Source: a virus (taxonomy: Duplodnaviria; Caudoviricetes). From it: DNA of 64,000 bases. The DNA is taken from the IMG/VR virus record IMGVR_UViG_3300032243_001145, positions 1-64,000 of that record; one strand, given 5' to 3'. Position 1 is the first letter of the stretch; each line of letters opens with the position of its first letter. The notes under the pieces are model-generated. The model was not told the origin of the DNA and did no database searches. It saw only the letters and a list, made by a program, of their open reading frames with translations. A program made the translations under genes and the position numbers. Positions 24,318 through 33,265 of the stretch are shown one piece after another.

Positions 24318-24344
24318 AGGCAGTTTTTAGACGTACCCAGGTCT
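24318..24344 (-). ncRNA. small H-type pseudoknot motif, copy 2
   Basis: AGAC/GTCT stem, loop CTGGGTAC, GGGTA pairs with TGCCT. Confidence 0.6.
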
Positions 24345-24349
24345 CAATG

Positions 24350-24766
24350 TTATTTGATCTTTAGAATTTTAGGTTGTTTTTCTTTAGGTAGATTTCTAAC
24401 TACACGAATGTGAAGCATGCCGTCTTTTAGTTCTACATTTGAAACTTCCATGTATTCACTTAATTCAAAAATTCTTGTAAACTTACGTGCAGCAATGCCC
24501 TTATGAACAACTTCGGCATCTACTACCTCTTTAATTTCACCTGTAATCCATAGACTTCCGTCCTCAATTGATACAGTTAAATCTTCTCTTGTGAATCCAG
24601 CAACAGCCAGCGATAGCTGGTAGTTGTCTTCATCTAATTTTAATAAATCATACGGCGGAAATGCTGTATTATTTACTTTACTTAAACTATTAAATCGCTC
24701 CAACTCTCGGTTGAAACCAATAAAAAATGGATCTTTAAAAAGATCCATAGCGAAATTTGTTACCAT
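24350..24766 (-). CDS. small heat-shock protein (Hsp20/IbpA-like)
   Basis: FPPYDL, AVAGF, HKGIAARKFTRIFEL, LKDGML. Confidence 0.95.
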   Translation of the reverse strand: MVTNFAMDLFKDPFFIGFNRELERFNSLSKVNNTAFPPYDLLKLDEDNYQLSLAVAGFTREDLTVSIEDGSLWITGEIKEVVDAEVVHKGIAARKFTRIFELSEYMEVSNVELKDGMLHIRVVRNLPKEKQPKILKIK

Positions 24767-24769
24767 TTT

Positions 24770-24830
24770 TGCTCCTTTTAAGCGAGTTATATTAGTACCC
24801 CCATAAGGCAGGTACTAATATATTATATCA
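24770..24830 (-). promoter_or_regulatory. hsp20 leader: extended -10, CIRCE-like inverted repeat and ROSE-like SD hairpin
   Basis: TGATATAAT; TTAGTACCT-N9-GGGTACTAA; CTCGCTT-AA-AAGGAG. Confidence 0.65.
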
Positions 24831-24837
24831 TTTATTT

Positions 24838-25362
24838 TTAGTTATCGGAAGTGTCTGGTTTATCTGTTGAAGTTACATATTTTTTATATGCCACAGGCCA
24901 ATTTAAAATAGCTTTTTGAGCATCTTTTAACTTAATTGTACCTGAGCAAACTAAACGTTTAAGGGCTGTTTCTACTACATCTTTCTTACGTGCATTGTTT
25001 CCTGCATATGGTTGTGGAAATAAATTTTTAGGATCTTTTGGGTCTCCACCCAATTGAAGAGAAATTAAATGATCTTCCTCATAAGCTGACATCTCTGTGC
25101 CCCATATTTTAGTATAAGATAAATATGTAGTTTTTAATTGTTCTTCTTTTAATTTATTTGTATATGTAACTGTTGGACGAATTGTTGCAGTCCACCCAGA
25201 TTTACATACAGTTGTAGAAATATTTTCTTGAGTTACATTTTTATTTAATACACCTGGGGTTATTTTTTTATTTTGTAAAACCCAATCTGGTGTTGATGCA
25301 TTTGCTTGAAAAGTTGATAGGACTAGTATCAATCCCAAGACTACTAGCCCTACCTTCTTCAT
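24838..25362 (-). CDS. secreted HNH-like protein
   Basis: Signal peptide; EEDHLISLQLGG...NL. Confidence 0.7.
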   Translation of the reverse strand: MKKVGLVVLGLILVLSTFQANASTPDWVLQNKKITPGVLNKNVTQENISTTVCKSGWTATIRPTVTYTNKLKEEQLKTTYLSYTKIWGTEMSAYEEDHLISLQLGGDPKDPKNLFPQPYAGNNARKKDVVETALKRLVCSGTIKLKDAQKAILNWPVAYKKYVTSTDKPDTSDN

Positions 25363-25364
25363 AA

Positions 25365-25925
25365 TTACTTTGCCTTCTTTGCTGGTGCCTTAACTGCTGC
25401 TTTTTTTACAGGTGCTGCAGCCTTTGGAGCAGCATCCCAATCTGGGCGAGCTACTGACATAACTAAGCTATAAGGACGCTTCTTCTTAAATACGCCATCT
25501 CCATTTGCTTGTGATCCCTTTGTATCTCCAGATGTGTTGCCCTCATATGTTATAAGATTTTTTCCATCGTTTGAAATAACAATTCCAACATGCTCTGTAT
25601 CTGTTGGGTTCTTATCAAAGTTAAAAAATACTATATCTCCTGCTTGTGCTTGTCCAATTGGAACAATTCTTTTATTCTTTGCAAACCATTGTGCTCCTGC
25701 ATCACATGATGCAAAGCCTTTCTTTGTTGAAGCAGCAACCAAATGAACTACTCCAGCATCATCAAAACATCCTGAAACGAACATAGCACACCATGGCTGA
25801 TTGTTCATGCCATAGCGCTTTCCAAAAATTGTATCGTTATTAGTTCCTTCTGTGTACTTCTCATCAGCATATTTCTTAGCTGCTGCTAATACTTTTGCTG
25901 CATTTGGGTGAATTATTTCTGCCAT
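25365..25925 (-). CDS. CHAP-domain endolysin/amidase
   Basis: PWCAMFVS, GDIVFF, HVGIV, EGNT; Lys/Ala tail. Confidence 0.9.
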   Translation of the reverse strand: MAEIIHPNAAKVLAAAKKYADEKYTEGTNNDTIFGKRYGMNNQPWCAMFVSGCFDDAGVVHLVAASTKKGFASCDAGAQWFAKNKRIVPIGQAQAGDIVFFNFDKNPTDTEHVGIVISNDGKNLITYEGNTSGDTKGSQANGDGVFKKKRPYSLVMSVARPDWDAAPKAAAPVKKAAVKAPAKKAK

Positions 25926-25935
25926 TTTATTTCTC

Positions 25936-26385
25936 CTAGTTTATTGTAGACTTAAGGCTAGATCTTAGCCACCAGCCCCAAAATTCATGTTTGTCTTGTC
26001 TGTCTGCCAAAAAGTTTGCCAGACCTTGTTCTTTTTGTAATGTTGCTTCATCAAACATTGCCTTTATATCAGAAATCATTTTATCATTCATTTCTAAGAG
26101 TTGTTTAGACATCGCTATTGGTGAATTTGAATCAAGCTCAACATTGCCATAATTATTATTTAATGTAAAATCTTGAAGAGTATACGGAGCTTTTACATCA
26201 AATTTTCTTAACCATTCTGCAATTGTATCTATTGTTGCATAAACATCGGTATATATTTCTTCAAAAAATGCGTGGTACTGAGTAAACAATGGGCCTTCAA
26301 CATTCCAATGAAAACCATGAGTTGTACTGTAGAAAACTACAGAGTTTGCTTGCCAGGTTTTTAACTGATTAATTATTGTATCCAT
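25936..26385 (-). CDS. dps: Dps (DNA-protecting ferritin)
   Basis: HWNVEGPLFTQYH...EE...DTIAE; start MDTII (leaderless). Confidence 0.92.
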   Translation of the reverse strand: MDTIINQLKTWQANSVVFYSTTHGFHWNVEGPLFTQYHAFFEEIYTDVYATIDTIAEWLRKFDVKAPYTLQDFTLNNNYGNVELDSNSPIAMSKQLLEMNDKMISDIKAMFDEATLQKEQGLANFLADRQDKHEFWGWWLRSSLKSTIN

Positions 26386-26414
26386 AAATCCTAGTATACC
26401 ATTTCTTAATTTAG

Positions 26415-26486
26415 AACCCCCTATCCGATTTGAACGAATGACCTGCTCATTACAAATGAGCTGCTCTAACACTGAGCTAAGGAGGC
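26415..26486 (-). tRNA. tRNA-Thr(TGT)
   Basis: GCCTCCT/AGGGGGT, loop TTTGTAA, TTCAAAT; D-loop lacks GG. Confidence 0.85.
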
Positions 26487-26491
26487 GTCTA

Positions 26492-27004
26492 TTATGCCGA
26501 AAGCACCTTAGACAAAGCATTAATTGTTGCTGCAATTCTTCCGATATCACGCAACTGCTCAATATTGTATCCTTCTTGCTTAAGAGTTTCATAATGCGCT
26601 TTTACGCAAAAATGACACTTTCCTATAATAGATGATGCTAATGAATATGCTTCAAATTTGGCTTTAGTAGTTCCGCCATGTGATGATATTGCATTCATTC
26701 GCAATTGTGCTGGTAAACCTTTTAAATTGACATCATCTGCCATTTCAATAAATGGATACCATACGTTATTTTGTGCCATAATTGCTCCAGCAGTCAATGC
26801 TGCATTTTTTTCAACTTCATCGGTTGCACTTGCAACTAAAAAGGCCAAAAGTTTTGAATTACTTGTTGCAAATGCAGCAGCAATTGAAAGATACAGGGCA
26901 TGTTCTGGATCAAGAGTAGACCTATTAATTACAGCATCAAGGTTTAATCTAATGTCCTTAGCATATTCTGGAAGATTTTCATTTAATTGGCCAACCCAAG
27001 TCAT
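26492..27004 (-). CDS. ahpD: alkyl hydroperoxide reductase AhpD
   Basis: LPEYAKDIRLNL, MAQNNVWY, CHFCVKAH. Confidence 0.92.
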   Translation of the reverse strand: MTWVGQLNENLPEYAKDIRLNLDAVINRSTLDPEHALYLSIAAAFATSNSKLLAFLVASATDEVEKNAALTAGAIMAQNNVWYPFIEMADDVNLKGLPAQLRMNAISSHGGTTKAKFEAYSLASSIIGKCHFCVKAHYETLKQEGYNIEQLRDIGRIAATINALSKVLSA

Positions 27005-27540
27005 TATAGAGTTTCCCCACCTAGAGATCTATTGCATGCACAAAGTTCCCCAGTTTGAAGTGCATCTAACACACGAAGAGTTTCATCTGGATTTCTACCA
27101 ACATCTAAATTATTGCATGTTACATGCTGAATAATGTTATCTGGATCCACAATAAATGTTGCACGATACGTAACACCAGAGGGGTGATGTACGCCTAAAT
27201 CATTAGCAAGCGCATGAGATGTATCAGCAAATGACCAAGAATTTGTTTTCTTTAAATCATCATGTGCATTGCGCCATGCAATTTTGCAAAATTCATTATC
27301 AACAGAACCAGTCATAAGAACTGCATCACGATCATTAAAATCATTTACAAGAGCATCATAAGCAACAATTTCTGTTGGGCATACAAATGTAAAATCTTTT
27401 GGATAAAACGCAATTATTTTCCATTTGCCTGGAAAAGATTCTTGCGTCAGTACTTCAAATGAGCTTTCATCATATGATAAAGCTCCAGGTTTAACTCCAG
27501 TAACGGCAAAATTACCAAGTTTATCTCCTACAGTTTTCAT
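27004..27540 (-). CDS. ahpC: 2-Cys peroxiredoxin AhpC
   Basis: FYPKDFTFVCPTE, GRN, ELCACN; start MKTVGD. Confidence 0.95.
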   Translation of the reverse strand: MKTVGDKLGNFAVTGVKPGALSYDESSFEVLTQESFPGKWKIIAFYPKDFTFVCPTEIVAYDALVNDFNDRDAVLMTGSVDNEFCKIAWRNAHDDLKKTNSWSFADTSHALANDLGVHHPSGVTYRATFIVDPDNIIQHVTCNNLDVGRNPDETLRVLDALQTGELCACNRSLGGETL

Positions 27541-27572
27541 TTTTCTCCTTATATATAAGTGGGAATTTCCCG

Positions 27573-27645
27573 TGTCCCCAGATGGTCTCGAACCATCGAC
27601 CCGCAGATTAAAAGTCTGCTGCTCTACCAACTGAGCTATAGGAAC
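27573..27645 (-). tRNA. tRNA-Lys(TTT)
   Basis: Cloverleaf with loop CTTTTAA. Confidence 0.93.
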
Positions 27646-27646
27646 G

Positions 27647-27718
27647 CACCCCTGGCTGGAATCGAACCAGCGACAAACAGATTAGAAGTCTGTTGCTCTT
27701 CCTCTGAGCTACAGAGGT
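27647..27718 (-). tRNA. tRNA-Arg(TCT)
   Basis: Cloverleaf with loop CTTCTAA and A20. Confidence 0.93.
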
Positions 27719-27719
27719 G

Positions 27720-27793
27720 TGTGCTATGTAGGACTCGAACCTACGACGACCAAATTATGAGTTTGGGGCTCTAACCAACTGAGCTAATAGCAC
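27720..27793 (-). tRNA. tRNA-CAT (probably Ile2, otherwise elongator Met)
   Basis: GTGCTAT/ATAGCAC, loop CTCATAA; paired 1:72, so not an initiator. Confidence 0.88.
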
Positions 27794-27814
27794 CTAATTT
27801 ATATTATATATATA

Positions 27815-28051
27815 TTACTCTGGTGTGTCAATAGTATTTTCTACTATACACTGAACATACTCAGAGAAATGTTTTCTAATGCTGCCCATAGGTCTTTGTC
27901 CATATGAATCCCAAAGTCTTTTATATTCTAATATATTTGCAAATGTTGTTGGGCATACCACTGTTCCAGAATATTCTCTCAAAACTGTAGGTAGTGGCAC
28001 ATGCTTACTACAACATTTACACTGTTTTGCTTTTTCTTGATATTCACTCAT
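27815..28051 (-). CDS. hypothetical protein
   Basis: CKCC...CPT; ATGA-coupled to TerL. Confidence 0.75.
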   Translation of the reverse strand: MSEYQEKAKQCKCCSKHVPLPTVLREYSGTVVCPTTFANILEYKRLWDSYGQRPMGSIRKHFSEYVQCIVENTIDTPE

Positions 28052-29850
28052 ATTATTTGCATCCTGTCCATTGCTTCTCTCAGATCTTCTGGCATTCTTG
28101 GTGCCCTAATCATATTATAAGATGTTGTATCTGGGTCATCTTTAGACCCAAAATCATTATCATAATTCATTGATTCATATGTATGTATATTAATTTCCTG
28201 ATTGCCGTCAAATCTTGTTCTGCTTATAGAATTAAATATGGCACCACAAGTAGCATCTGCCAAGTCTTTAGAGCCTTTTCTGGGGTGGTCAACCTTATCT
28301 CTCATAATTCTGAGCTGACACAATTCATCTATAAGTAATGGTATATGCGGTCCTATTAATCTTTCTTCCGCCACAACCATTGCCATGTCGTCATAATGTT
28401 TTTTAGCAACAGATAAAATCTCTGTATTAATTCCGTATTGTTTTAGCTGCTGCATCATATCATGAGAGTTCCATCTATCAAAAGTGCATATTGAAATATT
28501 AAATCCCCTTGTTTTAAGAGAAAGAATATAATCTTTTACTTCAGTAAAGTCAACAGATTTATTTGGCGTTGGTGTCCAATATCTTACCGCATCTACTTCT
28601 ACAATAGGAGCAGGCTGTGAGTATGTGTCTGTAACTTTTACATTAACCCATTTATTAACATGTGCCATTGTTACTGCACAATGATCATGTTTTTGTGCTA
28701 AGTCTACATGTATATAATATTTTTTATCTGGGTCAGGTAAAAACCACTCTTCAAGTCTGCCAAAGTTGTCTACAGCAATTGATCCCACATTAAATGCTTT
28801 TTCTACTTTTTCTCTTGATTTAAAGAATGCGTCGACAGCATCTGGTGGCATGCAAGCAAATCTTGAAAGAGCATCTGTTGGATTTGTATAGAAGGCTGTT
28901 TTAAAATCGTCAATTTTTCTAACTGGGTTAACTTCCCAAGTTGGTCTTTTAAGAGCATAAACTTTAGGTATTTTATAAGATACAATGTGATCTTCTTCCC
29001 ATTGAATTTCAAACTCATTGCCTTCTGTTCCATCTGCCAACTCCTCGTACATTTTAAATTTATGATCCCTTACTATAGTCTCTTTTTCTCCTACAACCGC
29101 ATCATATCTTTGCTGTATGTAATCATTTTTAAATCTGGGAAATGATAGGAGAATAACTTTACCAAAATCTGGAAAACGGGAATCTACTGATGCTCTATAC
29201 ATATCATAAACTGCACTACCTGTTTTTGCTTGATCGTGACCCGTTGTATTGTCAATAGCAAAACCAGAAATTTCATCAAGAATAACAACTATAACGTTAT
29301 ATCCTTCCCAAGCTTCTCTTTCTGAGTGGCCCGAGTGAACCGTTATAGCCTTGTTAAACTGGATTTCAGATGCTTTGGAATAGTACTTGCCAACAAACCA
29401 TGGCGACTTGTCTATGCGGCTCCTGAAGCCCTTAAAAAATACGTTGGTTGCCTGCTGTGAGTTAATAGCAATATTAATAATATCAATAGAATCACCTGGA
29501 GGTTTGCCGTAATAAGTTGCTGGATCTTTTAAACAAAGTAAAAGATAAACTATATACGCCACTGCAATTGTTGAACAATAGTCTTTTCCTGAACCTTTTC
29601 CCAGCTGAGCAACTACTTCATTTGCAGTTTGCTTAAACCTAACTACACCTTCTTCTTCTCCAAATAATTTTTTTAATGTGGACTCTTTATATATTTGAGA
29701 ACTTTTTTCTATTAATATATACTGATACTCAGATAGTGGAGGAAGACCTAAATAATTTGGGTCATTAACAAATGTTCTTAGATCTACTGGTTTTTCTTCA
29801 AACTCTTCACCATCTAATATGTCAATTATATCGGAAAAATTAAATGTCAT
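28048..29850 (-). CDS. terL: terminase large subunit
   Basis: GKGSGKD Walker A, ILDE Walker B, HVDLA, DHP...SKDLADA; likely start MTFNF. Confidence 0.92.
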   Translation of the reverse strand: MTFNFSDIIDILDGEEFEEKPVDLRTFVNDPNYLGLPPLSEYQYILIEKSSQIYKESTLKKLFGEEEGVVRFKQTANEVVAQLGKGSGKDYCSTIAVAYIVYLLLCLKDPATYYGKPPGDSIDIINIAINSQQATNVFFKGFRSRIDKSPWFVGKYYSKASEIQFNKAITVHSGHSEREAWEGYNVIVVILDEISGFAIDNTTGHDQAKTGSAVYDMYRASVDSRFPDFGKVILLSFPRFKNDYIQQRYDAVVGEKETIVRDHKFKMYEELADGTEGNEFEIQWEEDHIVSYKIPKVYALKRPTWEVNPVRKIDDFKTAFYTNPTDALSRFACMPPDAVDAFFKSREKVEKAFNVGSIAVDNFGRLEEWFLPDPDKKYYIHVDLAQKHDHCAVTMAHVNKWVNVKVTDTYSQPAPIVEVDAVRYWTPTPNKSVDFTEVKDYILSLKTRGFNISICTFDRWNSHDMMQQLKQYGINTEILSVAKKHYDDMAMVVAEERLIGPHIPLLIDELCQLRIMRDKVDHPRKGSKDLADATCGAIFNSISRTRFDGNQEINIHTYESMNYDNDFGSKDDPDTTSYNMIRAPRMPEDLREAMDRMQII

Positions 29851-30457
29851 TTTTTTTAATAGATTGAGAATCAAGAAAATTATACCCTTTTGGTACTTTA
29901 ACCTGATTAAATATGTGATTTGAATAAGAATATCTTATTTCGCTGGTTACTGGTTTTACTCCGTGTGTACAATGTTCAAATGCACTATGTATTAAAAGAT
30001 CTCCTTTTTTTGGAGCATATTCTATATTTTGATTTGGATAGTAAACTTCTCCACCTTTAAAATCATTAAAATAAACAATAAATCCCATCTGAGTGTTGTC
30101 AGCTAGATCAAAATCTTCTCCGCTTTTATATTTTTTTGATGCCTCAACAATATCCTTAAAATCAGTATCATCAGAATGCTCACCCCACTTGGCACCAATT
30201 TTCATTCTTACTGGGTTTGTATTGAATCCAACAAAATAATCTTTTTCTAAAATTGATTCTATTTTTTCTCTAATTAATTTTATTTTTTCTACTTTTTGTT
30301 TAGAAACAGAATGAAGCTCAGAAGACAAATTAAACCATTCATCTTCTTTAATTTTTTTTATTTCTTCTAATATATCTTCGCAGTCAGATTTAGAAACAAA
30401 ATTTTCATAAACATAAATATCTTCACCTATTTTTTTAAAACCATCTTTATTAAACAT
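29840..30457 (-). CDS. 2OG-Fe(II) oxygenase inserted between terminase genes
   Basis: HSD...YFNDFKGGE...HGV...R. Confidence 0.88.
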   Translation of the reverse strand: MFNKDGFKKIGEDIYVYENFVSKSDCEDILEEIKKIKEDEWFNLSSELHSVSKQKVEKIKLIREKIESILEKDYFVGFNTNPVRMKIGAKWGEHSDDTDFKDIVEASKKYKSGEDFDLADNTQMGFIVYFNDFKGGEVYYPNQNIEYAPKKGDLLIHSAFEHCTHGVKPVTSEIRYSYSNHIFNQVKVPKGYNFLDSQSIKKNDI

Positions 30458-30995
30458 TTTCTATTACCTCTGTTTCTTGAATTTTTATAGGCTCCACTAT
30501 CCCAGTTATTTGAGATAATTTTTTTGCAACATCCATTTTACATTTAGGACAAGATGCGGTTGTTTCTTTTAATATTCCGACTAATATTTCTTGCTTGCGT
30601 TCTGTTTCTGCAATTTGAGATGCTATCTGTGTGTTTTCTAAAACACCCACAGACTGAAGCATTGCTATTCTTTTAGTTTCTATATCTGCAATTAACTTTA
30701 AAGCCCCTGATTTTACGTTAAGCTGTCCTTGCGTGTCTGCATCTTCTACAGTTTTCCAAGCTTCTTTAATTAGCATTGCGTAGTGTTGATCTGCTCCAGA
30801 GATTGCTTCTCTGGCTCGATCACGAATGTTGCTATCATTGTGTACTACAGACTTCCACTCATCAACGTACTCTAAAACTTCTTTACGGGAGAATCCAGTA
30901 ATTGTGGCTATTTGGGTTGCTGAGTTGCCCTTTAAAAGCTCTTCTACTACTTTATTCATGCGGTCAAAATGCATTGCTGGCTCTAATTCGCTCAT
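30450..30995 (-). CDS. putative terminase small subunit
   Basis: N-terminal HTH, helical, upstream of TerL. Confidence 0.6.
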   Translation of the reverse strand: MSELEPAMHFDRMNKVVEELLKGNSATQIATITGFSRKEVLEYVDEWKSVVHNDSNIRDRAREAISGADQHYAMLIKEAWKTVEDADTQGQLNVKSGALKLIADIETKRIAMLQSVGVLENTQIASQIAETERKQEILVGILKETTASCPKCKMDVAKKLSQITGIVEPIKIQETEVIENV

Positions 30996-31022
30996 GTTTA
31001 AATTATACCATATTTTAGTTGA

Positions 31023-31349
31023 CTAAGACTTATTGGCAATTTTAAGAAGAATTAAATACCCTATTAAATCATCAATATCGTTGTCACCAGGAAAAGCTTT
31101 ATCGTTTTGAATTCTATTTAATTTATCATCAATTCGAACACGAATTTGTTCTGTTGAGTCCGCTTTTGAAAATATTCGAATTGGATCAAGTGCAGAATTT
31201 CCATACGATATATTTTTCTTTATAAGCATTTCTGCTGTTTCCAGGCACTCCACTATAATTTTAGAGCCCGCTGGTGCGCCAGTTGCAATTAATTGCAGGT
31301 CTGTTATCCACGCTTGGTATCCGCTATCTTTATTTGGGTATTCACTCAT
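31023..31349 (-). CDS. DUF1599 / nucleotide-modification-associated domain protein
   Basis: KKNISYGNS...RIDDKLNRI...DLIGY. Confidence 0.75.
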   Translation of the reverse strand: MSEYPNKDSGYQAWITDLQLIATGAPAGSKIIVECLETAEMLIKKNISYGNSALDPIRIFSKADSTEQIRVRIDDKLNRIQNDKAFPGDNDIDDLIGYLILLKIANKS

Positions 31350-31492
31350 TTTTTTCTTAACAATCCAAACTCTTGTAAATATCTCTGTATGGTCATAGCA
31401 GAGACTCCGCACTCTTTACCTATTTCTGTAACTGTTTTTTTCTGAACTACATACTTTCTGTAAAGCCATTCTTTGCTTTGATATAATTTCAT
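31346..31492 (-). CDS. 48-aa HTH DNA-binding protein
   Basis: KEWL...TVTEIGKECGVSAMTIQRYL; not in the ORF track. Confidence 0.75.
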   Translation of the reverse strand: MKLYQSKEWLYRKYVVQKKTVTEIGKECGVSAMTIQRYLQEFGLLRKK

Positions 31493-32055
31493 CGTTTAGT
31501 TAGAACCTGATTACTATAGTGTGCAATACCAAAGCTATCTGCAACATCAAAATCTACAATCTGTAAACCATATTTTTTATTAAAATAATCGGCAGTTCTT
31601 TGCTTCCTCATATTTCTTAATTGATTTTTATACCAAGATTCCGCATAGCCTGGATTCAATAATCTTATTGCAGACTTTTCATCTTTTGTTGGATTTTTAT
31701 TGCCAATGTACGCCTGCCACGAGGATGGGCTAATAGTGATAACTTTAGCACCAGTAGACATAAGCTCAGCAATAACAACTCCATATACATAAGACAATTT
31801 TATCACAGCATCTGGTGATCTGACAAGTATCGCTCCTTCAACAGCAATATAATCACTTTTAAGTTCATCTAACATAATAGCCATTTTATTTTTTGCATCA
31901 TAAATTTTTTCATATATATCTTCACCAACAAGATTTATTTTTCCCCATTTTAGAGGAATGTCATCCTCCATTAAACAAAAAGCTATAGAGTTTGTAGAAG
32001 CATCTATGCCCAAAACTCTATTTGCTTTTGTTTTAATTAAACTAGCTAATTTCAT
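31489..32055 (-). CDS. ruvC: RuvC-like Holliday junction resolvase
   Basis: LGIDAS...AVE...W...DVADSFGIA. Confidence 0.85.
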   Translation of the reverse strand: MKLASLIKTKANRVLGIDASTNSIAFCLMEDDIPLKWGKINLVGEDIYEKIYDAKNKMAIMLDELKSDYIAVEGAILVRSPDAVIKLSYVYGVVIAELMSTGAKVITISPSSWQAYIGNKNPTKDEKSAIRLLNPGYAESWYKNQLRNMRKQRTADYFNKKYGLQIVDFDVADSFGIAHYSNQVLTKR

Positions 32056-32320
32056 CTATAATTTCCTGTAACAAATTTTTTGACTTTGCATTTGTTTTTT
32101 TAATGCAGGATGAACAAATATCTTCTATGTTATACCTGCTAAGTTGAGACTTGCATTTTTTACAAAGTCTAGTAGCTCCGTTTTTAATTGCTTTTTTTTC
32201 ATAATATTTTTCCATGATTCTTTTGTTAGTAGCTATTCGGCAGCATTCATCAGAACAATATTTTTGATTATGAGTTTTTGAATTAAATTGTTTTGCACAC
32301 TCAGCATTAGCGCAAATCAT
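32042..32320 (-). CDS. Zn-finger protein
   Basis: CxxxxC...YCSDEC...CKKC...CSSC. Confidence 0.75.
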   Translation of the reverse strand: MICANAECAKQFNSKTHNQKYCSDECCRIATNKRIMEKYYEKKAIKNGATRLCKKCKSQLSRYNIEDICSSCIKKTNAKSKNLLQEIIDEIS

Positions 32321-33108
32321 AAAATTGGCACCTTGTATAAACTTATCTCGACTGTACCAACTGGACCCGATTTATCGTAACATGCTTTTTTAACGGGGCA
32401 ATAAGTGCATGGCATTTTAGATTTTGTTGCTCCAGCAGGCCTTACAGGAAGATCTCCGTTCTGGAAATTGTCCCAAACCTGCTCCATCCACGCAAAAGCC
32501 TCTTCAATAATTGCTTTATTTTTATCGTTCATAGAAATAGGTATAATCAAAATCTCTTGAGTATTTTTGTTTTCATACAAGAAAAAGCCTTCTTTAGCAT
32601 TTTTTAACTTCATGTATGTAAGTAGCTGTAACATGTGGTTAGCTGATGATTTCATCTCTGATTGACGAGTATCCCAAACCTCTTGCTTTGCCGTTTTGAT
32701 TTCGCCAATAACTGTTTCGCCATCATACTCCATGATAAGGTCTATAAAACCTCTAATTGGCGGATACTCATTAATAATTTCTTCTTCTTCTGCTCTCCAC
32801 TCTGGCATAGTAGAAATAAGTTTTTGCAGTCTTTCATGCGCTTGGGTTCCTTGTGCCATATTAGCAACTGCAACTGCGTCATTATCGTCAATAAACACTG
32901 CACCAGAAAATGCCATGTACCAATATCTAGGACAGTTACCATGCCCATAACCCAATGAACTTGGGCTAAAAGACTTCTTAGTCATTTGTCCATCTGCTCT
33001 TTTAGTATTCCTATATGACTCATCAAGCAATGATGCAAACTTTTCTGGGTCAAAAAATTTTCCAGTATGTTTTTTAAACTTAAGGTTCTTTACAATATCT
33101 CTAGCCAT
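32317..33108 (-). CDS. Cas4-like / PD-(D/E)xK exonuclease
   Basis: CPR, GTQAH, GFID, EIKT, QLLTY, CxYCPVKKAC. Confidence 0.88.
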   Translation of the reverse strand: MARDIVKNLKFKKHTGKFFDPEKFASLLDESYRNTKRADGQMTKKSFSPSSLGYGHGNCPRYWYMAFSGAVFIDDNDAVAVANMAQGTQAHERLQKLISTMPEWRAEEEEIINEYPPIRGFIDLIMEYDGETVIGEIKTAKQEVWDTRQSEMKSSANHMLQLLTYMKLKNAKEGFFLYENKNTQEILIIPISMNDKNKAIIEEAFAWMEQVWDNFQNGDLPVRPAGATKSKMPCTYCPVKKACYDKSGPVGTVEISLYKVPIL

Positions 33109-33265
33109 TAATAAACCTAAACACAATATCTGCGCCTAACCAAATGCCTACGATGCCCATTACTGCTGGAAAATATGGTGGTGCTGGTACTGGTAGTTTA
33201 AATGCAGCAAAAATTCCTCCAAGGACTGCGCCAGTAAATGTACAGAGTAATATGTCTTTAATCAT
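33101..33265 (-). CDS. XapX/DUF1427 small membrane protein
   Basis: GAVLGGIFAAFKLPVPAPP...GIVGIWLG; not in the ORF track. Confidence 0.8.
   Translation of the reverse strand: MIKDILLCTFTGAVLGGIFAAFKLPVPAPPYFPAVMGIVGIWLGADIVFRFING

Noticed and set aside
20368-27774. Track ORFs or N-terminal extensions over tRNAs (20368-20628, 26386-26592, 27541-27630, 27559-27774)
   Set aside because: They are read-throughs of tRNA sequence; true starts were reassigned downstream
32317-33108. Cas4-like gene as evidence of a CRISPR-Cas system
   Set aside because: No array or other cas genes; solo Cas4-like nucleases are common in phage recombination modules
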